Below, in pieces: positions 47,931-56,783 of a stretch of 64,000 bases of DNA. This stretch comes from Betaproteobacteria bacterium (GTDB lineage Bacteria > Bacillota > UBA5301 > DYFA01). The notes beneath the pieces are model-generated. The model was not told the origin of the DNA. It saw only the letters and a program-made list of their open reading frames with translations, and ran no database searches. Position numbers and translations under genes: made by a program. Numbering within the stretch: position 1 is the stretch's first letter; every line of letters begins with the position of its first letter. The stretch lies in assembly GCA_050260635.1 (NCBI GenBank), contig JBLNCL010000030.1:72590-136589 (forward strand), in the 5' to 3' direction.

Positions 47931-50900
47931 GTGACCGATCTCATCCGCTCGCCTCAAGTGGAAGACCTCTTTCAGGTCGCCCGCGATCTGGCCGCCCGGC
48001 AGCAGGTGCGCAAAGCCCGCGGCTTCACCTTCCCGCTCCAACGGCAACTCCGGCAGGACGTCCGCCGCCTGAGCGCCGCCGCGCAGGCCTTCCAGGCGGC
48101 GGCCCAGGCGGGAGAGCAGATTCCGCCCGCGGCGGAGTGGCTAGTGGACAACGCCTACATGGTGGCTGAGCAGGCCCAGTTCACCCTGCGCCACTTCCCT
48201 GCGGGCTATTACCGGCGTCTCCCGGTGGTCTCCCAAGGCCCCGGGCAGGGCCTTCCTCGCATCCACTCGATCGTGCTGAACCTGCTCGGCCAGACGGGCG
48301 GGCGATGCAATCCCGAGGTGCTCGTTGGCTACCTTCGGGCCTACCAGGAAATCCGGCCGCTTACCACGGGCGAACTGTGGGCCGTCCCGCTCTTCTTGCG
48401 CGTCGCGATCGTCAACAAGCTTGGTCAAGTCTTCGAAGAGGTCTCCCGCTACGACGAGGAGCGGCGGCGGGCTGACACCTGGCTGGCGCGCATCTCCGCT
48501 TACCTGGCGGAAGGGGGCGAGGTGGCCCGAGACGCCATAGCTGGCGCCGAGCAACACGTCAATCTGCATAACCCGGCGGTCCTGATTCATGTGGCGCGCC
48601 GCCTCCGGGAATACGAATCAACCCCCACCCTCGCCCTTCGCTGGCTCGAGACCTGGGCCGTAGCCCATGACCTGTCCCTCCCCCGCCTGATCGAGGATGA
48701 CCACTCCCGGCAGGCTCGTTACCGGGTGACAGTTGAACATCTCTTCACCAGCCTGCGGGAGGTTGCTCACCTGGGCTGGGAGGAACACTTCGAGGACTTG
48801 AGCCTGGTGGAGCAGATCCTGCGCCGCGATCCGGCCAAGGTCTATCCCGAGATGGACTTCGAAAGCCGGGACCAGCTCCGCCACCTGGTCGAGACTCTGG
48901 CGCGGAAGTGGGACAAGTCGGAAATCGCCGTGGCCGAACAAGCCTTGGCTTTGGCGCAGAGCCAGGCCATGACCAACGGGCCCAACCCGGACCTCCTGAC
49001 GGTCGAACAGCGCCAAGCCGAGCATGTCGGCTATTATCTCCTGCCCCCCGGGCGGGCCAAGCTCTGCCGCGCCCTCGGCGGGAAACTGCGCCCGTGGTGT
49101 GAGCCGCGCGACTTCCTCACCAGCCATCCCAACCTGGTCTACTTCAGCGCCCTGGCTGTTCTGATCGGGTTCTTCCTGTACGCGGCAGTGCGGGCGCTCG
49201 CTTTGCTCCGAGTCTTCTCCCCCCGCCAGTTGGCCATCCTGGGGATAGTGCTTCTGGTTCCGGCCGGAGAGTGGGCCACGCGGACCTGGCACTGGGTGCT
49301 GATGAAGCTGGTCCCCCCTCGCCGCCTGCTGAAGCTTGAGTTCCGTCACGGGGTCCCGCCGGAGCACCGGACAATGGTCGTCGTCCCGGCGCTCCTCGCC
49401 AGCGTCGGCGAAGCGGAGGAACTCGTCCGCCGCTTGGAAGTACACCGTCTGGCCAATCCGGGCGAGAACCTCCACTTCGCCCTGCTCACCGACCTGCCCG
49501 ACGCTTCCCAGGAAGAGCTGCCGGGCGACGCCGACATCATGGAGGCGGCCAGAGAGCGAATCGAGGAGTTGAACGCCCGTTACCCGGCCGCCAAGGGTAC
49601 CTCCTTCTACCTCCTACACCGGCGGCGCCAGTGGAACCCCGCTGAAGGGGTCTGGATGGGGTGGGAGCGCAAGCGGGGCAAACTCATCGAGTTCAACGCC
49701 CTGCTCTGCGGTGACCAAACCACCAGCTTCAGCCTGATCGTCGGCGATACCTCCATTTTCCGGACGGTTCGCTACGTCATCACCCTGGACGCCGATACCC
49801 AATTGCCCCGGGATTCGGCCGTCAAGCTGATCGGGGCCATGGCCCATCCCCTCAACGCGCCCATCCTCTCTCCCGATCGACGGCGGGTCATACGCGGCCA
49901 CGGACTCTTGCAGCCCCGCATCTCCGTCAGCCACGCCAGCACCCAGCGGTCCTGGTTCGCTCTGCTCTGCGGGGGTAAGACAGGCTTTGACATCTACACC
50001 TGCGCCGTCTCCGACCCGTATCAGGAACTGTTTCAGTTCGGCATCTACACCGGCAAGGGCATTTACGACGTGCGCATCTTTGACCAGCTCCTGCGGGATC
50101 GGATTCCCGACAACACAATCTTAAGCCACGATCTCCTCGAAGGAGGATTCCTCCGCGCCGGCCTGGTGACCGATGTCGAACTCCTCGACGATTACCCGGC
50201 GAGCTTTCTCAGCAGCCTCTCCCGCTCCCACCGCTGGGCCCGGGGCGACCTTCAGCTCCTGCCCTGGCTGGCCCCCAGCGTCCCCAACCGGGCCGGGATC
50301 AAACTGCCGGCCTCTCTGCCCGCCATCACCCGTTGGCAGATGATCGACAACTGGCGCCGCATCCTGCTCAGCCCTGCTCTCTTTGGTCTGATCTTGCTGG
50401 GGTTGGTGGTGCTGCCCGGCCGCCGAATCATCCTGGACTGGCCGCTCCTCGTGGTAGCCGGTCTCTACCTCCTCCGTCAGGGGTTCAACTGGGTGGCCGG
50501 CGTCCAGCAGGGGCTATCCCCGGTCCGTCTGCTGGCGCCCTCCCTTCTGGCCGCCCTTTTCCTTCCCTACCAGGCGCTGACGATGCTCGACGCCCTGGTG
50601 CGCACCCCCTACCGGATGTTCGTCTCCCGCCGCCGCTTGCTCGAGTGGGTGACCTCGGCCCACGCCGGCCGGCGGGCGCCCAAGACGCTCCGGGGAATCT
50701 GGCGGCAGATGGCCGCCGGTCAACTCCTGGTCCTGGCCGGATCCCTGGCGGCGACCCTGGCCGCTCCCGCCAACTGGCCTTTGCTCTGGTCCCTGGCCGC
50801 CGCCTGGCTGACCGCCCCCGTCTGGGTCTTCCTACTGAACCAGCCCGTCCGGCCGCCAAAACCCCGGCTCACCCAGGAACAGACCCGCTACCTGCGGGAA

Positions 50901-53900
50901 GTCGCCCGTCGGACCTGGCACTTCTTTACCACAGTAGTCGGGCCGGAGGATAACTGGCTGCCCCCTGACAACCTCCAGCTGGACCCGCCCAATGGCGTGG
51001 CCCATCGAACCTCGCCGACCAACATCGGGCTCCTCTTGGCCTCGACGGTGGCTGCCCGGGACTTCGGCTACCTGACCACGTCCGAGCTTCTCGAACGGCT
51101 CGAGCACACGCTGGATACCCTGGAGAAGCTCCCCCGCTGGAACGGCCACTTCTACAACTGGTACGACACGCTTTCCCTGGAGCCTTTGGAGCCCCGCTAC
51201 GTCTCGACCGTGGACAGCGGAAATCTGGTGGCCTACCTGATCGCCGTCAAGGAGTCGGTCCGGGAGTGGTTGGAGCGGCCGGTGGCGGACGGTCAGTCCG
51301 TGCGCGGGCTTTTGGACACGTGGCATTGGGAGTTCGCCCGCGCCAACGGGGGCAGGCGCAAGGACCCGCCGGCTCCCCTCCGGGAGTTCGCCGAACGCCA
51401 TCTGAAGGAGCTGGAAGCAGGAACGCCCGGGTCCTTGACCCGCTGGTACTACACCCTGACCATGCTCGAAGAGAAGCCTGCTCAACTCCCGGTCTTCTCC
51501 GCCAGCGTCCAGGCGGCACGGCGGGAGCTGGAAGGGCTCTTCCCCTGGCTTGACCTCCTGGCGGCCCTCAACCATCGGAGTGACTTGGAGCCCGGTTCGC
51601 CCGTCCAGATCACCCTGTCCCTTGGCCGTCTCCTGGAGCGGCTGGACTCCCTTAGAACCCCGCAGGAAGCCGTGACCTGCGCCGAGGAACTGGTGGAATT
51701 GGTAGGCTGGCAGGCCGGCGCCCAATCGGACGAGGCGGAGGCGCTCGAGGCCGAGCTGCGCCGGCAGCTGCGCCAGTCGCGGGAGGCGGTGCTGGCCCGG
51801 CAAGAGCGGGGAGCAAAGCTCCTTGCCCGGTTGGAGGCGCTCGTCCAAGAGCACGACTTCCGGCCCCTGTACGACCCCAAACGGCGCCTGTTCGCCATCG
51901 GGTACAACCTCTCCGCCGGCCGGCTGGACCCATCCTACTACGATCTCATGGCCTCCGAGGCACGGCAGGCCAGCTTCGTGGCGATCGCTCTGGGGCAGGT
52001 CCCGACCCGTCACTGGTCTCAACTGGCCCGGACCTTGACCTTGGTCCGCTGGACGCCGACGCTGGTCTCCTGGAGCGGGACGATGTTCGAGTATTTCCTC
52101 CCCCTGCTCCTGCTCCCCAATTACCCGAATACCCTTTGGGACCAGACTTATCGCATGGTCGTCCGCCGGCAGATCACCTACGCCCGCGGGCGGGGGCTCC
52201 CCTGGGGCATCTCCGAGTCGGGCTTCTATGCCCATGACTTCCAACTCAGCTACCAGTATCAGGCCTTCGGAGTGCCGGGCCTCGGGCTCAAACCGGGGCT
52301 CGGCGCCGATCAGGTCATCACCCCCTACGCCACCTTTCTGGGCGCCATGCTGGAGCCGGTGAAGGCGGTGCGGAACCTGCGCCACCTAGAGGAGTTGGGG
52401 GGGCTGGGCGAGTACGGCTTCTATGAAGCCCTGGACTTCACCCCCACCCGGGTGCCGCAGGGGGCCAGATGCGCAGTAGTGAAGAGCCACATGGCCCACC
52501 ACCAGGGTATGACACTCCTCTCCCTGGCCAACGTCCTCTTGGGGCCGCGGCTGCAGCGGCGATTCATGTCCGACCCCCGGATGGAGGCCACCGAGCCGCT
52601 GCTGCGGGAACGGACGCCCGCCCGGGCGCTGATCCTCTCGCAGGGGCCACCCCCGGTGCCGCAGCGCTCCACCCTGCTCAGCGAGCATGCCGACCTCCGC
52701 TACTTCGCCGGGGCCGACAGCGTCCTCCCCGAAGCCCGGATCCTCTCCAACGGCCGGTACTTCGTCATGCTGAGCAACAGCGGGGGCGGGTTCAGCCAGT
52801 GGGGCGACCTCGCCGTGACCCGCTGGCGGGAAGACCCGATCCGGGACGCTTCGGGAACCTTCCTCTACCTCCGGGACCTTTCGCACAACGAACTCTGGTC
52901 GCCGACCCACCACCCCTGTCGGCGCAACGCCGAGGACTGCTCGATGCGTTCCTTCCTGGAAAAGGTGGTCTACGAGCGGACCGTCGGCGACCTTCACACC
53001 CAAATGGAGGTCTGCGTCTCGCCGGAAGTCGACGCCGAGGTGCGCAAGGTGACGCTGACCAACCGGGGCGAGGAGGTCCACGTCCTGGAGGCCACGAGCT
53101 ACCTCGAGCCGGTCCTCTCGCCGCTGGCCGACGACGAAGCCCACCCAGCCTTCAACCGCCTCTTCATCGAAACCGAGGCGGTCCCTGAAGCCCCAGCGCT
53201 CCTCGCCCACCGGCGCCCGCGCCGCCCGGAGGCGCCCCAGCCCTGGGTGGTCCACGCCATCATGGTGGAGGGGCCAACGGTGGGGCCGCTGGAGTACGAG
53301 ACGGACCGCGCCCGGTTTATGGGGCGGGGAAGGGCGACCGGCCTTCCCCAGGCCATCGAGACCAACCAGCGCCTCTCGGGCACCACGGGAACGGTGCTCG
53401 ATCCGATCCTCTGCCTCCGCCGGCGCTTCGAGGTCCCCCCCGGCAAAGCCGTCCGGCTGTGGCTCGTGACGGGGGCCGCCGACTCGCGGGAAGAGGCCTT
53501 GCGGATCGTCCGCCACTTCCAGCAGCCGTTCCAATTGGCCCGCGCCTTCGAGCTGGCCTGGATCCGGAGCCGGATCGAGCTTCGCCACCTGAACCTGACG
53601 CCCCGCCAGGCCAACCTCTTCCAGTGGATGGCCTCGCAGCTCTTCTACTTCAACCACTACCGGCATCCCCGCGCCACGGCCTTGCTGCAGAACACCAAAG
53701 GCCAGTCAGGGCTTTGGTCTTACGGCATCTCCGGCGACCTGCCAATCGTCCTGGTTCGGCTGGCCCGCCTGGAAGGACTTCATCTGGTGGCGACGCTTCT
53801 GCGTGCCCACGAATACTGGCGCCTCAAGGGCCTCCGGGTGGACCTGGTGATCTTAAACGACTCGGAGGCCAGCTATGGGCAACCACTGCAGGAGGAACTC

Positions 53901-56609
53901 CGCCGTCTGCTGGAGAGAAGCGCCGACCGGGACCTGCTAGACCGACCGGGCGGGGTCTTTCTCCGCTCGGGCCTGCTCATGCCTAAGGCGGATCAGATCC
54001 TGCTCGAATCCGTGGCCCGCATCTACCTGCGAGCCGAGGCGGGCGACATCATCTCCCAGTTGCAGGTCCAACCCGAGATTCTGGCGCAAACCGCCTTCGC
54101 CCCCGAGCTGGAGCTCCCTGCCTCCAACCGGCCCGCGCCGCGCTGTCCCAGCCGGCGAGGCGAACCAGTGACCGCCGAGGCCCCGGCCAACCTCTGCTTC
54201 TTCAACGGATGGGGCGGCTTCACCCCGTCCGGGCGGGCCTATGTCATCCACCTCGACGACTCGGAACTCCCGCCGGCCCCCTGGATCAACGTCCTGGCCA
54301 ACCCCGGCTTCGGCTGCCTGGTTTCGGAGGCCGGCGGCGGCTACACCTGGTCGGAGAACAGCCGGGAGTACAAGCTTACGCCCTGGACGAACGACCCAGT
54401 TCTCGACCCGCCAGGGGAGATCTGCTACCTCCGGGACGAGGAGGACGGTTCCGTTTGGTCTCTGACGCCCATGCCAATCCGGGAGGAGGGACCCTACGAG
54501 GTCCGCCACGGCCAGGGCTACACCATGTTCGTCCACCAAAGCCACGGCCTGACGCAGACGGGCCTCCTCTTCGTCCCGCGCCGCGACCCGCTCAAGGTTC
54601 TCCGCCTCTCCCTGCGCAACGAGGAGGACCGGCCACGCCAGGTCTCGGTCACCTATTACGCCGAGTGGGTGCTGGGGGTGTCGCGCCAGCAGACGGCGCC
54701 CTTCCTCGTCACGGAATGGGACTCCGCCACCGGCACCCTGCTCGCCCGCAACGCCTTCCAGGACTGCTTTGCCGGGCGCCACGCCTTCCTCCACCTGTCC
54801 TCCGACGACCCGGGCGCCAGCCTGAGTTTCACCGGCGACCGGGCCGAATTCGTCGGGCGGAACCGGAGCGTGGCCGACCCCGCCGGGCTTGAACGCCCAG
54901 CCCTCTCCGGCCACGTCGGCGCCCTTTACGACCCCTGCGGGGCAGTGCAGATCAAGGTGAGCGTTCCGCCGCGCGCTGAGCGCACCGTCCTCGTGCTCCT
55001 GGGAGCCGCCCCGTCCCCGTGCGAGGTCCAGCGGCTGGTCAAGGAATATCGCCCAGTGGAGCGGGTGGAGAGAGCCTTCCAGGAGGTCCGCACCGCCTGG
55101 GATGAGCTGCTCAGCCAGGTGCAGGTCTCGACCCCCGACCCGTCCTTCGACCTGCTCGTCAATCGCTGGCTGCTCTATCAGACGATCAGTTGCCGGCTGT
55201 GGACCCGCTCTGCCTACTACCAGTCCGGCGGGGCGTACGGCTTCCGGGACCAGCTTCAGGACGCCCTGGCCCTCCTCCATGCGGCGCCGGAACTGGCCCG
55301 GCAGCAGATTCTCCGTCACGCCGCCCACCAGTTCAAGGAGGGCGACGTCCAGCACTGGTGGCATGAGGAGACCCGCTGCGGCGTCCGGACCAGAATCTCC
55401 GACGACTACCTCTGGTTACCCTACGCTGCCTGCCGCTACGTCACCCACACCGGCGACGAAACCCTCTGGGACGAGCTCGTCCCCTTCCTCGACGGAGAAC
55501 CCCTGGCCGACGGAGTGGAGGAGCGCTACGGGCCGACCATCCAGTCCGACGAGGAAGGTTCGGTCTACGAGCACTGCCTCCGAGCCGTCGACCGGGCCCT
55601 CCGCCTGCTCGGCCCCCACGGCCTGCCGCTGATCGGCACCGGCGACTGGAACGACGGCCTCAACCGGGTCGGCCGGGAAGGACGGGGGGAGAGCGTCTGG
55701 CTGGCCTGGTTCCTCTACACCGTGCTCCGGGCCTTCGCCCCGGTCTGCGCCGCCCGCGGGGAAACCGATCGGGCCGCCGCCTACGAGCAGGCCGCCGCCC
55801 GCCTCGCTGAGGCCGTGGAGCAGCACGCTTGGGACGGCCAGTGGTACCGGCGGGCCTACAACGACCTGGGGCAGCCGCTGGGGTCGCTCCAGAACGACGA
55901 GTGCCAGATCGACTGCATCGCCCAGGCCTGGGCTGCGATCTCCGAGGGGGCCTCCCGCCAGCGGGCCCGGACGGCCATGGATTCGCTCTACCACCGGCTG
56001 GTGGACCGGGAGGAGGGGCTCATCCTCCTGCTTACCCCGCCCTTCGCCGCAACCGAGCCGAGTCCAGGCTACATCCAGGCCTATCCCCGCGGCGTCCGGG
56101 AGAACGGCGGGCAGTACACGCACGGCGCCGTCTGGGCGGTCATCGCCTGGGCCAAGCTGGGCGAAGGAAACCGGGCCTACGAGCTCTTCCGCCTGCTGAA
56201 CCCGATCAACCACGCCCGGACCAACAGCGAGGCCCTGCGCTATCGCGTCGAGCCCTACGTCATGACCGCCGACGTCTACTCCGTCCCGCCCCACGCCGGC
56301 CGGGGCGGGTGGAGCTGGTACACCGGGGCCGCCGGCTGGATGTACCAGGCCGCCCTTGAGTGGATCCTAGGCCTTCAGCGGCGCGGTTCCCGGCTCTACC
56401 TCCGGCCCTGCATTCCGGAAAACTGGCGGAAGTTCGCCGTGAGCTATCGCTATGGCCATACCCGCTACGAGATTCTGGTCGATAACCCCGGCGGCCGCCA
56501 GACCGGCGCCTCCGCCCTGATCCTCGACGGGGCGCCCCTCGATCCCGCCGACCCGTCCATCCCCCTCGTGGACGACGGGCAGGTCCACCGCGCGGTGTTG
56601 ACCTTGTGA
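47931..56609 (+). CDS. Cyclic beta-1,2-glucan synthase (Cgs/NdvB/ChvB-type; GT84 + GH94 domains), ~2890 aa
   Basis: N-terminal cytoplasmic region plus TM helices, then the GT84 glycosyltransferase core (...YTGKGIYDVRIFD...SHDLLEGGFLRAGLVTDVELLDDYPASFLSSLSRSHRWARGDLQ...), a long alpha-helical linker and a C-terminal GH94 cellobiose-phosphorylase-like domain. Start taken at the GTG at ~47931 after a GGAGGT RBS; the track ORF begins at 47883. Confidence 0.8.
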   Translation: MTDLIRSPQVEDLFQVARDLAARQQVRKARGFTFPLQRQLRQDVRRLSAAAQAFQAAAQAGEQIPPAAEWLVDNAYMVAEQAQFTLRHFPAGYYRRLPVVSQGPGQGLPRIHSIVLNLLGQTGGRCNPEVLVGYLRAYQEIRPLTTGELWAVPLFLRVAIVNKLGQVFEEVSRYDEERRRADTWLARISAYLAEGGEVARDAIAGAEQHVNLHNPAVLIHVARRLREYESTPTLALRWLETWAVAHDLSLPRLIEDDHSRQARYRVTVEHLFTSLREVAHLGWEEHFEDLSLVEQILRRDPAKVYPEMDFESRDQLRHLVETLARKWDKSEIAVAEQALALAQSQAMTNGPNPDLLTVEQRQAEHVGYYLLPPGRAKLCRALGGKLRPWCEPRDFLTSHPNLVYFSALAVLIGFFLYAAVRALALLRVFSPRQLAILGIVLLVPAGEWATRTWHWVLMKLVPPRRLLKLEFRHGVPPEHRTMVVVPALLASVGEAEELVRRLEVHRLANPGENLHFALLTDLPDASQEELPGDADIMEAARERIEELNARYPAAKGTSFYLLHRRRQWNPAEGVWMGWERKRGKLIEFNALLCGDQTTSFSLIVGDTSIFRTVRYVITLDADTQLPRDSAVKLIGAMAHPLNAPILSPDRRRVIRGHGLLQPRISVSHASTQRSWFALLCGGKTGFDIYTCAVSDPYQELFQFGIYTGKGIYDVRIFDQLLRDRIPDNTILSHDLLEGGFLRAGLVTDVELLDDYPASFLSSLSRSHRWARGDLQLLPWLAPSVPNRAGIKLPASLPAITRWQMIDNWRRILLSPALFGLILLGLVVLPGRRIILDWPLLVVAGLYLLRQGFNWVAGVQQGLSPVRLLAPSLLAALFLPYQALTMLDALVRTPYRMFVSRRRLLEWVTSAHAGRRAPKTLRGIWRQMAAGQLLVLAGSLAATLAAPANWPLLWSLAAAWLTAPVWVFLLNQPVRPPKPRLTQEQTRYLREVARRTWHFFTTVVGPEDNWLPPDNLQLDPPNGVAHRTSPTNIGLLLASTVAARDFGYLTTSELLERLEHTLDTLEKLPRWNGHFYNWYDTLSLEPLEPRYVSTVDSGNLVAYLIAVKESVREWLERPVADGQSVRGLLDTWHWEFARANGGRRKDPPAPLREFAERHLKELEAGTPGSLTRWYYTLTMLEEKPAQLPVFSASVQAARRELEGLFPWLDLLAALNHRSDLEPGSPVQITLSLGRLLERLDSLRTPQEAVTCAEELVELVGWQAGAQSDEAEALEAELRRQLRQSREAVLARQERGAKLLARLEALVQEHDFRPLYDPKRRLFAIGYNLSAGRLDPSYYDLMASEARQASFVAIALGQVPTRHWSQLARTLTLVRWTPTLVSWSGTMFEYFLPLLLLPNYPNTLWDQTYRMVVRRQITYARGRGLPWGISESGFYAHDFQLSYQYQAFGVPGLGLKPGLGADQVITPYATFLGAMLEPVKAVRNLRHLEELGGLGEYGFYEALDFTPTRVPQGARCAVVKSHMAHHQGMTLLSLANVLLGPRLQRRFMSDPRMEATEPLLRERTPARALILSQGPPPVPQRSTLLSEHADLRYFAGADSVLPEARILSNGRYFVMLSNSGGGFSQWGDLAVTRWREDPIRDASGTFLYLRDLSHNELWSPTHHPCRRNAEDCSMRSFLEKVVYERTVGDLHTQMEVCVSPEVDAEVRKVTLTNRGEEVHVLEATSYLEPVLSPLADDEAHPAFNRLFIETEAVPEAPALLAHRRPRRPEAPQPWVVHAIMVEGPTVGPLEYETDRARFMGRGRATGLPQAIETNQRLSGTTGTVLDPILCLRRRFEVPPGKAVRLWLVTGAADSREEALRIVRHFQQPFQLARAFELAWIRSRIELRHLNLTPRQANLFQWMASQLFYFNHYRHPRATALLQNTKGQSGLWSYGISGDLPIVLVRLARLEGLHLVATLLRAHEYWRLKGLRVDLVILNDSEASYGQPLQEELRRLLERSADRDLLDRPGGVFLRSGLLMPKADQILLESVARIYLRAEAGDIISQLQVQPEILAQTAFAPELELPASNRPAPRCPSRRGEPVTAEAPANLCFFNGWGGFTPSGRAYVIHLDDSELPPAPWINVLANPGFGCLVSEAGGGYTWSENSREYKLTPWTNDPVLDPPGEICYLRDEEDGSVWSLTPMPIREEGPYEVRHGQGYTMFVHQSHGLTQTGLLFVPRRDPLKVLRLSLRNEEDRPRQVSVTYYAEWVLGVSRQQTAPFLVTEWDSATGTLLARNAFQDCFAGRHAFLHLSSDDPGASLSFTGDRAEFVGRNRSVADPAGLERPALSGHVGALYDPCGAVQIKVSVPPRAERTVLVLLGAAPSPCEVQRLVKEYRPVERVERAFQEVRTAWDELLSQVQVSTPDPSFDLLVNRWLLYQTISCRLWTRSAYYQSGGAYGFRDQLQDALALLHAAPELARQQILRHAAHQFKEGDVQHWWHEETRCGVRTRISDDYLWLPYAACRYVTHTGDETLWDELVPFLDGEPLADGVEERYGPTIQSDEEGSVYEHCLRAVDRALRLLGPHGLPLIGTGDWNDGLNRVGREGRGESVWLAWFLYTVLRAFAPVCAARGETDRAAAYEQAAARLAEAVEQHAWDGQWYRRAYNDLGQPLGSLQNDECQIDCIAQAWAAISEGASRQRARTAMDSLYHRLVDREEGLILLLTPPFAATEPSPGYIQAYPRGVRENGGQYTHGAVWAVIAWAKLGEGNRAYELFRLLNPINHARTNSEALRYRVEPYVMTADVYSVPPHAGRGGWSWYTGAAGWMYQAALEWILGLQRRGSRLYLRPCIPENWRKFAVSYRYGHTRYEILVDNPGGRQTGASALILDGAPLDPADPSIPLVDDGQVHRAVLTL

Positions 56610-56626
56610 CAGGGATATGCTATACT
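56598..56626 (+). promoter_or_regulatory. Sigma-A-type promoter for tRNA-Glu (TTGACC-17-TATACT)
   Basis: TTGACCttgtgacagggatatgcTATACT ends 13 nt before the tRNA 5' end. The -35 region overlaps the glucan synthase stop codon. Confidence 0.55.
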
Positions 56627-56639
56627 CTCTCTTGCTTGT

Positions 56640-56715
<76 letters not shown>

Positions 56716-56725
56716 ACGAGATTAC

Positions 56726-56762
56726 GCAGCGGGTTTGGCTTGGAAGGCCAAACCCGCTTTTG
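56726..56762. terminator. Rho-independent terminator hairpin (bidirectional candidate) between tRNA-Glu and hsdR
   Basis: GCGGGTTTGGC-ttggaa-GGCCAAACCCGC followed by TTTTG on the plus strand; A-run on the other side. Confidence 0.6.
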
Positions 56763-56783
56763 TAAACCCCCGAACAGGTGTTG

